Shown piece after piece: positions 1 to 8,823 of a DNA stretch of 64,000 nt; the first letter of the stretch is position 1, and the number at the start of each line of letters is the position of its first letter. Made by a program: the position numbers and the translations under genes. This stretch comes from Bdellovibrionales bacterium (lineage in GTDB: Bacteria > Bdellovibrionota > Bdellovibrionia > Bdellovibrionales > JAGQZY01): positions 416,001 through 480,000 of the forward strand of contig CAXRHT010000003.1 in NCBI GenBank assembly GCA_964230645.1. The letters are read 5' to 3'. A model generated the notes under the pieces. The model was not told the DNA's origin and made no database searches. It saw only the letters and a list, made by a program, of their open reading frames with translations.

Positions 1-453
1 AATGGGGTCAACACCATTGAATTTATATTTTTCATAGAGATCGGTATGAGACCACACCACTTTGCCATCTTTTTTGTTGAGCTTCCAAACACTGCCAACG
101 GCTCCTAGATAAACATGGTCTTTTTCAATGAGGGGGATAGAAGGGTTGAATGATTTGAGGTCCTTTTTCCAAAGGACTCGGCAATTCTCATTGAGAGCGT
201 AGATAAAAGTTGTTCCAGAGTTGTGATCGGCCAGCTCAACAGTGACAATATTAAAATCTTTCTCACCGTAAATATTGGGACGTTTCTCAACCTCCAGGTC
301 CTTTTCTAAGCTAAGGCGAACTTTACTGGTGGCTTTGTTGCATCGAAAGTTTAGCTCTTTACTTTTTTTATTATACCTGGCCGAGAGAACCTGGGCTTGT
401 GAATTTGAGCTAAACAAGAATATGGCTATTAAAATAAAAAGATATTGCTTCAT
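1..453 (-). CDS. Secreted protein with PQQ/BamB-like beta-propeller repeats (partial, runs off the window start)
   Basis: Not in the ORF track. Manual translation from ATG 453: MKQYLFILIAIFLFSSNSQAQ (signal peptide)...IYALNENCRVLWKKD...VYLGAVGSVWKLNKKDGKVVWS; frame stays open to base 1. Confidence 0.7.
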   Translation of the reverse strand, partial: MKQYLFILIAIFLFSSNSQAQVLSARYNKKSKELNFRCNKATSKVRLSLEKDLEVEKRPNIYGEKDFNIVTVELADHNSGTTFIYALNENCRVLWKKDLKSFNPSIPLIEKDHVYLGAVGSVWKLNKKDGKVVWSHTDLYEKYKFNGVDPI

Positions 454-714
454 AACTATAAGAATACGGTGAAATAAGGCGTGGAACCAGGCGCACACAA
501 ACGATCAAGACCTTCGCCACAAGTGCCAAGCACTCGCTCCTGAAGTCTTAGTCAAAGGTCTATGAAGGCTCTCAATTTAAAGAACGTTTGTTAGATTTTT
601 ATTTAAAAAAAGGAAGAGAGATCAGCCTCTATAGGTAGAGGCACGTAGGTACAAAGATCCAGTTCAAGCTCTGGAAATTCGACCATTCTGTGAGAAAAAA
701 GGTATTCTTTAACT

Positions 715-2136
715 ATGAAAAAGCCTCAACATTTACTAATTATTTTGTCCTTGGTGTTAATGGGATTTGCTTTAGAAGCAAAGCCACCCACCTTTGTGAG
801 TCTATATAAGAAAAGCCTCAAGCAAAGTAAAAAACGAAAAGAGATCTATCTCAATATAATGAATCAATTTTTAATCGATCTTGAATCAAAAGAGGGCAAC
901 AAAAAGTCTAAACACTCTCTATACAATTTAGATTGGCTCTTCAAGCCGGCTTACGCCCAGAACACTCAAGCCTGTGTGAACGTTGGATACATTGCTCAGG
1001 TGGCTAGTTGTGACCGATCCAATCAGTGGTCCTTTGATGTGACTCAGACGGAGGCTTACCGTGAGCTTTTAGCCGCTGGATTTCAAAACAATTGTCAAAG
1101 TGGCACACAACCCTGTGCTCTAGTCACGGGTACGACACCTTCTTGTGAGTTAACCTGTTCAAACAATTCAACGACCCAGTGTTACTCTCAAGGAGACCGC
1201 CAGCATGTGATGAGTATGCTTTCTGAATGCGAAAACTCAGAGAATGTCGCTTGTGGAAATCGTTCAATTCAGTGTGCAGCCATGGGTCGATATTTCGTGG
1301 AGCAAATGAGCGGCTTTGATCAGTGGTGTGATAATGCTGCCACGGGCGTTAGAAATTTATGTCATGGAACGCGTTCACGAGTCCAAGCGCTTTTTGCCGG
1401 GCAGCTCTCTGATGAGAGTGGCCCCCAAAGTGAAGAGCCACTTAATGCCGACAATAACAATGTGTTGCTCATTGGAGACTCCCATCTTTCCTGTACCAAC
1501 TATGCCCAAGAATTGTCTCAATGCTTGCGCAATCAAAATATGGACCCACTTCTTTTAGCACGCGGAAGTGCAGCCCCCAGTCACTGGTCGCAAGGTCGTT
1601 TTCAAGGGCTTCACAATTTATGCGGTTACGATGAGGAAGGAAATCGATTGGGGCCCAGTTCCCCTCAAAACTCGTGGAGTCTTTTTAACGCCATTGAAAA
1701 TCATCAGGCGGGTACTGTGGTTTTTAATCTCGGCGATAATGTTATGAGAAGTGGCGAAGAGGCGATCCGAAGGCAATTTGATGATATGTTGCGAGTGGCT
1801 CGTAACGCCAATCCCGATGTAAAATGCGTGCTGGTAACACCAACTTTACCAACGGCCCCTGGTGGTGGTGGGTACAATAAAACAGTCACTCATGCGAGAA
1901 CCACTCGATCTGCTATACAAAGTGTGGGCGAAAGATACGGTTGTCGAGTGATCGATGGAATTGAAGCTTTACGTGATCGCTCCTCAGGCTCTCATCTTAG
2001 TGGTGGAGATGGCGTTCATCTTTCCTCCAGCGACTCTCGTTTGCTTGGGCAAAGAGTCTGTGCTCAGCTTGAGAGTCTTTTAAGGGAAAGAGCCAATCCG
2101 CCAGGTGGCGAGAACGACTCCTCCTCTGTTTTATAA
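715..2136 (+). CDS. Secreted protein: Cys-rich domain plus C-terminal SGNH/GDSL hydrolase
   Basis: Signal peptide; SGNH blocks IGDSH, ARGSA, NLGDN, GDGVH; N-terminal half homologous to 49876..52128. Confidence 0.8.
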   Translation: MKKPQHLLIILSLVLMGFALEAKPPTFVSLYKKSLKQSKKRKEIYLNIMNQFLIDLESKEGNKKSKHSLYNLDWLFKPAYAQNTQACVNVGYIAQVASCDRSNQWSFDVTQTEAYRELLAAGFQNNCQSGTQPCALVTGTTPSCELTCSNNSTTQCYSQGDRQHVMSMLSECENSENVACGNRSIQCAAMGRYFVEQMSGFDQWCDNAATGVRNLCHGTRSRVQALFAGQLSDESGPQSEEPLNADNNNVLLIGDSHLSCTNYAQELSQCLRNQNMDPLLLARGSAAPSHWSQGRFQGLHNLCGYDEEGNRLGPSSPQNSWSLFNAIENHQAGTVVFNLGDNVMRSGEEAIRRQFDDMLRVARNANPDVKCVLVTPTLPTAPGGGGYNKTVTHARTTRSAIQSVGERYGCRVIDGIEALRDRSSGSHLSGGDGVHLSSSDSRLLGQRVCAQLESLLRERANPPGGENDSSSVL

Positions 2137-2387
2137 GCCAACCACAACATATTAATTAAGATCTTCTAAAGACACGGAACTATGGGTCTGGGTTTCCTAG
2201 CCCCGGGCCTGGTGTCCTATTCCACCACTGTCTCTTCATAAGTCACAGCGAGTCTCCATTTAATCCAATAATATCAATGGCCTATACCCATCCCATTTAG
2301 TATATACTTTTGTGCTTGAAATACATAATAGTATATATTAGGGTATAAAGAGTGGAAAGGTTGATATACAAAACAAAGGAGAACAAA

Positions 2388-2789
2388 ATGAACCAAACCC
2401 GATCCCCGAAACTTTACTCTCAGCCCTGGACTCGGTCTGAAGATGGGTGGATTGCCGGAGTCTGTGAAGGCATTGGCCGGCAATTGGATGTAAACCCAGG
2501 CTTGATTCGTCTTTTTTGGCTGGGAAGTGTTTTATTTTTTGGAGTGGGATTTTTGCTCTATTTTATTTTTGCTTTCTGCCTTCCCGTTGAAGGAAACGAG
2601 GAGCAAGCCAGAAACTCTCGTTTCCTTGGTGTTTGCTCAAGACTCGCTGAGAAGACTGAAATTGATTTGGGACTGATCAGAGTGGCAACGGTCATCATTG
2701 CTTTAAGTTCTTTTGGAGCCACTTTGATTTTTTATCTCTTGCTCCATTTTCTTTTGGAAAAAGAGCCCACTAACAAACCGAATTATTAA
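2388..2789 (+). CDS. pspC: Tandem PspC-domain membrane protein
   Basis: Two copies of the motif: RSEDGWIAGVCEGIGRQLDVNPGLIR and RFLGVCSRLAEKTEIDLGLIR; AAGGAG RBS before ATG 2388. Confidence 0.85.
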   Translation: MNQTRSPKLYSQPWTRSEDGWIAGVCEGIGRQLDVNPGLIRLFWLGSVLFFGVGFLLYFIFAFCLPVEGNEEQARNSRFLGVCSRLAEKTEIDLGLIRVATVIIALSSFGATLIFYLLLHFLLEKEPTNKPNY

Positions 2790-2804
2790 TAAAGGAGACA
2801 AGTA

Positions 2805-3521
2805 ATGAATATATTTGATCGAATCACTAATAAATTAGGAGCGTTTTTTCGTAGTCTTTTTTCGAGTCAGGAGGAAAGCTTTTCGCCGGAGAAAACCATC
2901 CTGAAGCAACGGGCGAGCCAGAAACGTTTGAAAGAAAGTCTTACAGAGCTCGTTTTTCAGAGAAAAAAATTGGAAGCCCAAATTAAGAAGCTTGATGAGA
3001 AAGTCTTGGGACTCAACGAAGACTTAGAGATGGCTGCGATGAGCGACAAAGATCAGCTAGCCCTCCATCTTATGGAAGAGCTGGAAATGACTCAGTTGGA
3101 GCTTAAGGAAACTCACACCAATTTGGACTTGGTCACTAAAGAGATTCGCTCGGGGAAACAACTAGAAGTTGAACTCTCTCAGCAAATCAAAAAGTCAGAA
3201 TCACAGTTGGCAGTTTTGGCTTCAAGAAGTCAGTCGGTCAAAATGCGAAAAGATTTGCAGAACCAGTTTACAAAAATCCAAAGTGAGATGTCCTATTTAC
3301 AGCCAGGGCTTTCCGATATTGAGGAAAATATCCTCAAGGTCGAAGCGCAGCTTGAATCTCTTAGAGGCGATCAGGACAGTTGGAAAGATGAAGTCAGCGA
3401 GATGAGAAAGCAGCGTCGAGACCGCAGCCGTGAAGTTCAGCTTCAACAACTGAAAACTAAGTTAAAAGGTAAATCTCTTCCTGGAAGAGTCATCATTCCT
3501 GATCTTGTGACTACCACTTAA
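2805..3521 (+). CDS. pspA: PspA/IM30 family coiled-coil protein
   Basis: Amphipathic N-terminus MNIFDRITNKLGAFF, SPEKTIL motif, long coiled coil, directly after pspC. Confidence 0.75.
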   Translation: MNIFDRITNKLGAFFRSLFSSQEESFSPEKTILKQRASQKRLKESLTELVFQRKKLEAQIKKLDEKVLGLNEDLEMAAMSDKDQLALHLMEELEMTQLELKETHTNLDLVTKEIRSGKQLEVELSQQIKKSESQLAVLASRSQSVKMRKDLQNQFTKIQSEMSYLQPGLSDIEENILKVEAQLESLRGDQDSWKDEVSEMRKQRRDRSREVQLQQLKTKLKGKSLPGRVIIPDLVTTT

Positions 3522-3547
3522 ATTTATTAACTAAGAAAGGATAAAAA

Positions 3548-4051
3548 ATGTCGAGAAAAAAATTAAGAGATCTGATGGTGGTTTTCTTTGCCGGACTCTT
3601 TGTGATGACCTTTGAACCTGTTTTCATGTGGTTGATGATCGGAGGTCTGATCCTAATGCAAACGGACTCTTCAAAGAAAGAGAAAACCAAATCAGAGCCC
3701 ATCACACACCTAATTGGTCGAGATGCGAGAAGCCATGGATTAGAGATGCCCAGAACCCCTCAGGTGAGAGGCCTCCTGATCCGTCTTTACCGTAAGCTTG
3801 AAAAGTCCTCCAACCAGTACCCTCAGTTCAAGGATGAGTATCAAGGAATCGTTGATGAAATGTGGAACACTCTTGCGGAAAACCAAAACCGAGATTACTG
3901 GGTGGATGTGATAACATCAGTCCTTTCCAGTTGGCCCGATTCTAAAAAATCGGGGATCGAGTCAGTAAAAGCTCAGATCTCGCGGGTCAACGAAATGACT
4001 AGTCAGTGGGACGAGGCTCAGCGCGAAGTCGGAGGAGGTCTTCATGTTTAG
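3548..4051 (+). CDS. Hypothetical membrane protein (psp operon gene 3)
   Basis: N-terminal hydrophobic hairpin, AAGGA RBS, tight operon spacing. Confidence 0.7.
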   Translation: MSRKKLRDLMVVFFAGLFVMTFEPVFMWLMIGGLILMQTDSSKKEKTKSEPITHLIGRDARSHGLEMPRTPQVRGLLIRLYRKLEKSSNQYPQFKDEYQGIVDEMWNTLAENQNRDYWVDVITSVLSSWPDSKKSGIESVKAQISRVNEMTSQWDEAQREVGGGLHV

Positions 4052-4847
4052 AAGAAAATGGGAAGAATTCGAAAACCAAATTCAATCGCAAGTGGCGGAG
4101 TGGAGAGACGAATTTTTTGAAAGAGTGAGTCCACAGAAAGAGAAAGTGGAAGAGTTTTTCTCTAAAGACTCTGAAAGTTTCCAAGAGAAGAAAGCTGAGT
4201 TTCGCCAGTGGGGTGAGAAGTATGTGGCCGAACTTAAAAGAAAGTCAGAAAGTCCCAAGCTCCTTAAAGCCAAGGAAGACTTTTTTGTTCTGCTAAGAAA
4301 TCTGGGAATCAATGATGAACTGCTGAGGCAAACCTTCAACCAAAATCGTAAGGAACTTCTTGATCCCATTGTGGGAGAAACCATTGCGATTATCTCTCTT
4401 ATTCTTGGTTGGAAAGAAAAAGACAAGGAAGCTTTCTCGCAATCCATTGGAGAAATCGGAGTGGCTGGAGTTTTTGCAGCAAAACCCTTTATATGTCTGA
4501 TCGCAATTTGTGGTTTAGCCTGGGGTTATCAAGAAAACTTCCATGGAGAGGCCTTCAAGAAAGGAGGCGTCTTAGGTCTTACGGGCTTTTTGGCCGCAGC
4601 ACTTTCCCCAGGTGGATTTGTGGGACTTCTCGCAGCGATCGTTACGATGGTTTATTTTAATAAAAAGTTAAAAGTGGATCGCCCTATAGAAACTCAGTTA
4701 AAAGAGATCTTTCAGGAAATCAAAAGTGGGGGATTTTTTAATGAAGTCAGACAGGCATGGAAGGGCTTTGAAGATTTTCTTTCCAAGATTCTGATCAAAA
4801 AAGATCAGCCCATCCCTCCCCATCATCCAGGGCCCTTGTCATCCTGA
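4044..4847 (+). CDS. Hypothetical membrane protein (psp operon gene 4)
   Basis: GGAGG RBS, 8-nt overlap with the upstream gene, charged N-terminus then Gly-rich hydrophobic segments. Confidence 0.7.
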   Translation: MFRRKWEEFENQIQSQVAEWRDEFFERVSPQKEKVEEFFSKDSESFQEKKAEFRQWGEKYVAELKRKSESPKLLKAKEDFFVLLRNLGINDELLRQTFNQNRKELLDPIVGETIAIISLILGWKEKDKEAFSQSIGEIGVAGVFAAKPFICLIAICGLAWGYQENFHGEAFKKGGVLGLTGFLAAALSPGGFVGLLAAIVTMVYFNKKLKVDRPIETQLKEIFQEIKSGGFFNEVRQAWKGFEDFLSKILIKKDQPIPPHHPGPLSS

Positions 4848-5151
4848 GACAAAGTCCTTTTCTCTTGTCATCCGGAAGCACAGTCCTTTTCCGTTGTCAT
4901 CCTGAAGCAAAATCCATTTCCGTTGTCATCCTGAGGCGAAATCCATTTCCGTTGTCATCCTGAGGCGTAGCCGAAGGATCTTTAGCGATCGAGCTGAGAT
5001 CCTTCGCTATCGCTCAAAATGACATCGCGAAAGTAGTCCCGATCTCCGGTAGAAAAAAGATCTCTGGTTAATTATGTTGTTTCCGTTGAAAGATCCTTCG
5101 GCTACGCCTCAGGATGACAAGGCTTCAGGACGACAAGGCTTCAGGACGACA
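4837..5151. repeat. Composite REP-like palindromic element with tandem tails (copy 1)
   Basis: Four 29-bp units starting TGTCATCC at 4837/4866/4895/4924; arm TGTCATCCTGAGGCGTAGCCGAAGGATCT 4953-4981; inverted arms 4997-5024 and 5091-5119 (perfect); two 16-bp tail units. Confidence 0.92.
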
Positions 5152-5198
5152 GAAAAAAGAGACTTGCTGCTCACGTCATTCTTCGCTTTAATGCAGGT

Positions 5199-6050
5199 AT
5201 GAAATTAAATTGGATTTTATTACTAGTGACCCTAGTGGGTTGTCGATGGGCTTTAGCCACTCACCCTCCTGTAGCTGAAGAGGGACCTCTTGGATGGCAG
5301 GTGGGTTTGCAAAAACAATTGCTGACAAGTGAGCTTAACGCCAACCCGGTCGATCTTGATGACGGCGATATTCAACCTCCTTTCCTCACGTTGAGAGGAT
5401 CGTATCAGCCTAACTATAAAGCTATTTTTCAACCGGATATCCATCTCGGCGTTTCTGCCATGGAAAATTCGGGCTTTCATATTTATCTATCTGGTGGTGG
5501 TTGGTTTGATTTTGAAAAGTTTCATCTCTTTTTCGGAGGAGAGGTTGTAATAACCAGTTTTGAAGACGATATCGATTCCTCCGCGTTTGCCTCCACTTTG
5601 CAAGGGGGCTATATAAAAGCGGGTCTCCCATTGGGGAGGTTCTATCCTGTTTTTGAAGTGCGTTTTCGGGAGCTTGGAAATGCTGATCTCTCGCAAAGGG
5701 AGGGTCTGACGACCCAGCTTGGACACTCCACCGATAGAATTTATCGGGCCCATCTTAATGTCGAACTTCAAGGTGTGGATTTATGGTCCGCTCTCACTCT
5801 TTATAGCGTGGGTGAAACAGCGATTGCCTCTGATGGATTCGCTATTGGAATTGAGGAGAAAACCTATCCCATTTATTCCATTGGCGGAGGCGCTGATCTT
5901 GAAGCCATTGGTGCAAAGATGTGGCTAAAGTATCATGTGATCACAGGTATTGAGGATGAAACCGCCTTTTACTACCAAGTCCCACAAATATATCCTGATT
6001 TTTTACCAGCCAAACAATCGGCTGTGGTGGAGCTACTATGGAATTTTTAA
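5199..6050 (+). CDS. Putative outer-membrane beta-barrel protein
   Basis: Signal peptide, alternating beta-strand pattern, C-terminal VELLWNF. Confidence 0.6.
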   Translation: MKLNWILLLVTLVGCRWALATHPPVAEEGPLGWQVGLQKQLLTSELNANPVDLDDGDIQPPFLTLRGSYQPNYKAIFQPDIHLGVSAMENSGFHIYLSGGGWFDFEKFHLFFGGEVVITSFEDDIDSSAFASTLQGGYIKAGLPLGRFYPVFEVRFRELGNADLSQREGLTTQLGHSTDRIYRAHLNVELQGVDLWSALTLYSVGETAIASDGFAIGIEEKTYPIYSIGGGADLEAIGAKMWLKYHVITGIEDETAFYYQVPQIYPDFLPAKQSAVVELLWNF

Positions 6051-6850
6051 AAAATAAAGTATACCTTTTACTCTACAGTTTTTGTCTGAGTGGTTGCTTG
6101 GTCAACTCCGATGGAACAATCACAATAATTTCTCCCATTGAGTCGGATACCTATATTAGCTCGGTGGATCCCGGTGATCATTCTGAGCTTGATTATCTTT
6201 CCCTCTACCGCAACGGAGCCGTTGAAAACCGTATTCTTCTAAAGCTTCCCACAGGAGAGAGCGACTCCGACGATCATTTGGATCTTTGTTTAGGAAACCC
6301 CTATTGTTTTGTTTTTTTCATGCCCTTATTCATTCTCAAAGAAATTATCTCACCAAACTGTGATGACGAAAGTTTTACGGCCGCTAACCTTAATTGGGCT
6401 TATATAGAGTTACACACCGAGGATGACTCTTCCCCTGCGGCCGGCAGTATTCAAGTGAATCTACTGGGTCAGTCCTGGTGGCATGATGTTTCATGGAATA
6501 GAGCTCATCCTTTCACAAAGCAAGGGATGTGGGCCACTCCTGGTGGAACGATTGATAGTTCTCAGAGTTTTGACCCTAACTGTACGAATTTACAAGGGGG
6601 CCAATCCTGTGGAGCCGGTGAGGTAAAATTTGATATGACAAATTATTTGGGAACCCTTCTCGATAATCCAAACTCCACTCACTTTGGCTTAGTGTTGAGT
6701 TTTTCGGGTGATGAAGAAGAGCTGCGTTTCTACTCTAGCCAATCCAGTAATCTCTCTAGGCCAGAACTGGTGGCCAACTACAATTGTGTCACCAGCAGTC
6801 AAACAACCACCCATCGTTATGAGTTAGGAACACCTTTAAGTCAGAAGTAG
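6038..6850 (+). CDS. Lipoprotein with DNRLRE/CBM96-like domain
   Basis: Lipobox LSGC; SDTYISS, NRILLK, WATPGG, FYSS..RPELV motifs. Confidence 0.65.
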   Translation: MEFLKNKVYLLLYSFCLSGCLVNSDGTITIISPIESDTYISSVDPGDHSELDYLSLYRNGAVENRILLKLPTGESDSDDHLDLCLGNPYCFVFFMPLFILKEIISPNCDDESFTAANLNWAYIELHTEDDSSPAAGSIQVNLLGQSWWHDVSWNRAHPFTKQGMWATPGGTIDSSQSFDPNCTNLQGGQSCGAGEVKFDMTNYLGTLLDNPNSTHFGLVLSFSGDEEELRFYSSQSSNLSRPELVANYNCVTSSQTTTHRYELGTPLSQK

Positions 6851-6893
6851 AGATTGCCAAGTTTTAGAAAAGCTATCGGGATTTTTCCCAAAC

Positions 6894-7139
6894 TGTCATT
6901 CTGAAGCGACGTTCATTCCACCCGTCATCCTGAGGCGAAGCCGAAGGATCTTGAGCCATTATGCTAAGGTCCTTCGCTATTGCTCAGGATGACAATGTGA
7001 GTGTAGTTCTGAGCTCTGAGCTAAAATAGATCTTTCATAATTTACGTGATTTTCTGTTAAAGATTCTTCGCTTCGCTCAGAATGACAGCATGGGATGACA
7101 GCTCAAAATGACAGCTCGGAATGACAGCATGGGATGATG
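6894..7139. repeat. Composite REP-like palindromic element with tandem tails (copy 2)
   Basis: 29-bp unit at 6894; arm CGTCATCCTGAGGCGAAGCCGAAGGATCT 6923-6951; inverted arms 6967-6994 and 7061-7087; four 13-bp tail units 7088-7139. Confidence 0.92.
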
Positions 7140-7168
7140 TGATGAGAATCGAGTCTAAAGTTATTACC

Positions 7169-7870
7169 TTATGCAACTTGGCATTTATAAATGTAAGCAA
7201 TTCCAAGGCTTAGTGGTGTTACTTCAACCTGCTTATAGAGACCAGTCTTCATGACCTCGGCTTTAAAGTCTTCGCCACAGGGAAAGACTTGTGAGGAGTC
7301 GTTGAGGTATTGGTAAGCTTGTGGTTTTCCGGAAATAAGGCCGCCAACATAAGGCAGAATTTTTGTAGAGTATAGATTGTACATGGAGCCTATGATGGGT
7401 GTTTTAATTTGACCAAACTCTAAAATCATAACGAAGCCATCGGATTTAGTCACTCGAGCGAGTTCTTTAAAGGCTTTGCTTCGATCTTCCACATTCCTTA
7501 TTCCAAAAGAAATACTGGAACTATCGAATTGATTGTCGTTATAGGGAAGGTCTGTGACATCGGCCCACTCAAAATCAATTTTCTTATTTTCTTTTTTGGC
7601 TTTTTCAGGAGCTTCATTGAGCATTTCTTGGCAGAAGTCTGTACCTATAACATGACCCATTTCTCCGACTTTGTCTTTATAGATAAGGGCTAAATCTCCA
7701 GTGCCGGTGGCACAGTCCAAGTGGGAGCCTCCAAGGGGAGTGGGAGTCATTTTTACAAGCTTCTTCTTCCATACATGATGAATACCTAAGCTCAATACCG
7801 AGTTGGCTTGGTCATAAGAGCCTGCGATTTCAGAAAACATATTTTGAATGGTCTGAGCTCTTTTATCCAT
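7169..7870 (-). CDS. menG: Demethylmenaquinone methyltransferase (UbiE/MenG)
   Basis: MFSEIAGSYDQANSVLSLGIHHVWK, LDCATGTGDLA, SFGIRNV, YQYLNDS. Confidence 0.93.
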   Translation of the reverse strand: MDKRAQTIQNMFSEIAGSYDQANSVLSLGIHHVWKKKLVKMTPTPLGGSHLDCATGTGDLALIYKDKVGEMGHVIGTDFCQEMLNEAPEKAKKENKKIDFEWADVTDLPYNDNQFDSSSISFGIRNVEDRSKAFKELARVTKSDGFVMILEFGQIKTPIIGSMYNLYSTKILPYVGGLISGKPQAYQYLNDSSQVFPCGEDFKAEVMKTGLYKQVEVTPLSLGIAYIYKCQVA

Positions 7871-8651
7871 GAGTGATCTTCTTGTTCATAAGAGAGAGAA
7901 AAGGCTGAATTTGATCCATAAGACTAGCAAAGGCATCATAAGTGAGGGCTTGAAAACCATCGCTTAAAGCTTCCTCGGGGTTGGGGTGGACTTCCACAAT
8001 GATTCCGTCAGCTCCACAAGCAATGGCCGCCTTAGACATCGCTGGAATCAATTCCGGTCTCCCTGTTCCGTGAGAAGGGTCAACAATGACTGGAAAGTCG
8101 TGATGCTCTTTTAAGTAGGCTACGGCTGATAAATCCAAAACATTTCGCATGGGACCTTCGAAAGCCCGGATGCCTCGCTCGCACAAAATCACATTTTCAT
8201 TACCTTGGCTGGCGATATAATCAGCAGCCTTGACCCATTCCTTCACAAGAGCAGAAAACCCTCTTTTTAATAAGACGGGAAGCTTTTGAGCACCAAGCTC
8301 TTTTAAAAGCTCGTAGTTGTACATATTTCGACTTCCGACTTGAAAACAATCCACGGCTGGAAGAAGAGTCTCAATCTGTCTGGGGTCAGTGATTTCAGCG
8401 ATAAAAGGAGCCTTCACTTGCTCTTTCATTTTTTTAACAAGTGCGATGGCCTGATCGCCTAAACCCTGGAAAGAGTCTGGTTGTGTGCGCATCTTATATA
8501 TGCCGCCCCGCACCATAGAGGCGCCTTGATCAATAACATATTGGGCTGTGGGAATGAATTGGCTTTCGGATTCAATGGAGCATGGGCCAGCAATAACGGC
8601 AAAATTTGAATTTCCAATGCTCAGGGGGCCAATATTCACTATCTGATTCAT
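7863..8651 (-). CDS. aroF: DAHP synthase, class I-beta, no regulatory domain
   Basis: IAGPCSIES, QVGSRNM, VLLKRG, LCERGIR, VDPSHGTG, EVHPNP. Confidence 0.92.
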   Translation of the reverse strand: MNQIVNIGPLSIGNSNFAVIAGPCSIESESQFIPTAQYVIDQGASMVRGGIYKMRTQPDSFQGLGDQAIALVKKMKEQVKAPFIAEITDPRQIETLLPAVDCFQVGSRNMYNYELLKELGAQKLPVLLKRGFSALVKEWVKAADYIASQGNENVILCERGIRAFEGPMRNVLDLSAVAYLKEHHDFPVIVDPSHGTGRPELIPAMSKAAIACGADGIIVEVHPNPEEALSDGFQALTYDAFASLMDQIQPFLSLMNKKITHG

Positions 8652-8823
8652 AACATTCCTATCGGCCTCATGCGCAGCTCACACAGCTACGCCCGCCGAG
8701 GCCAGCGCTAGAGCACCTTACCAAAGTTTCCTGAGAGTGCATAGTCCTTATAGGAATCCCTCTCGAGTTTTTAGAGGCAAACTGCCTATTCAATTCACCC
8801 TTAATATGGAGTATATCGCTGGT

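Noticed and set aside
105..472. Two short ORFs in the track
   Set aside because: Both overlap a longer minus-strand frame (1..453) that has a signal peptide and propeller motifs.
4837..4981. 29-bp periodic array as a CRISPR array
   Set aside because: Whole units resemble each other, there are no unique spacers, the period is too short and no cas genes are present; it derives from the adjacent palindrome arm.
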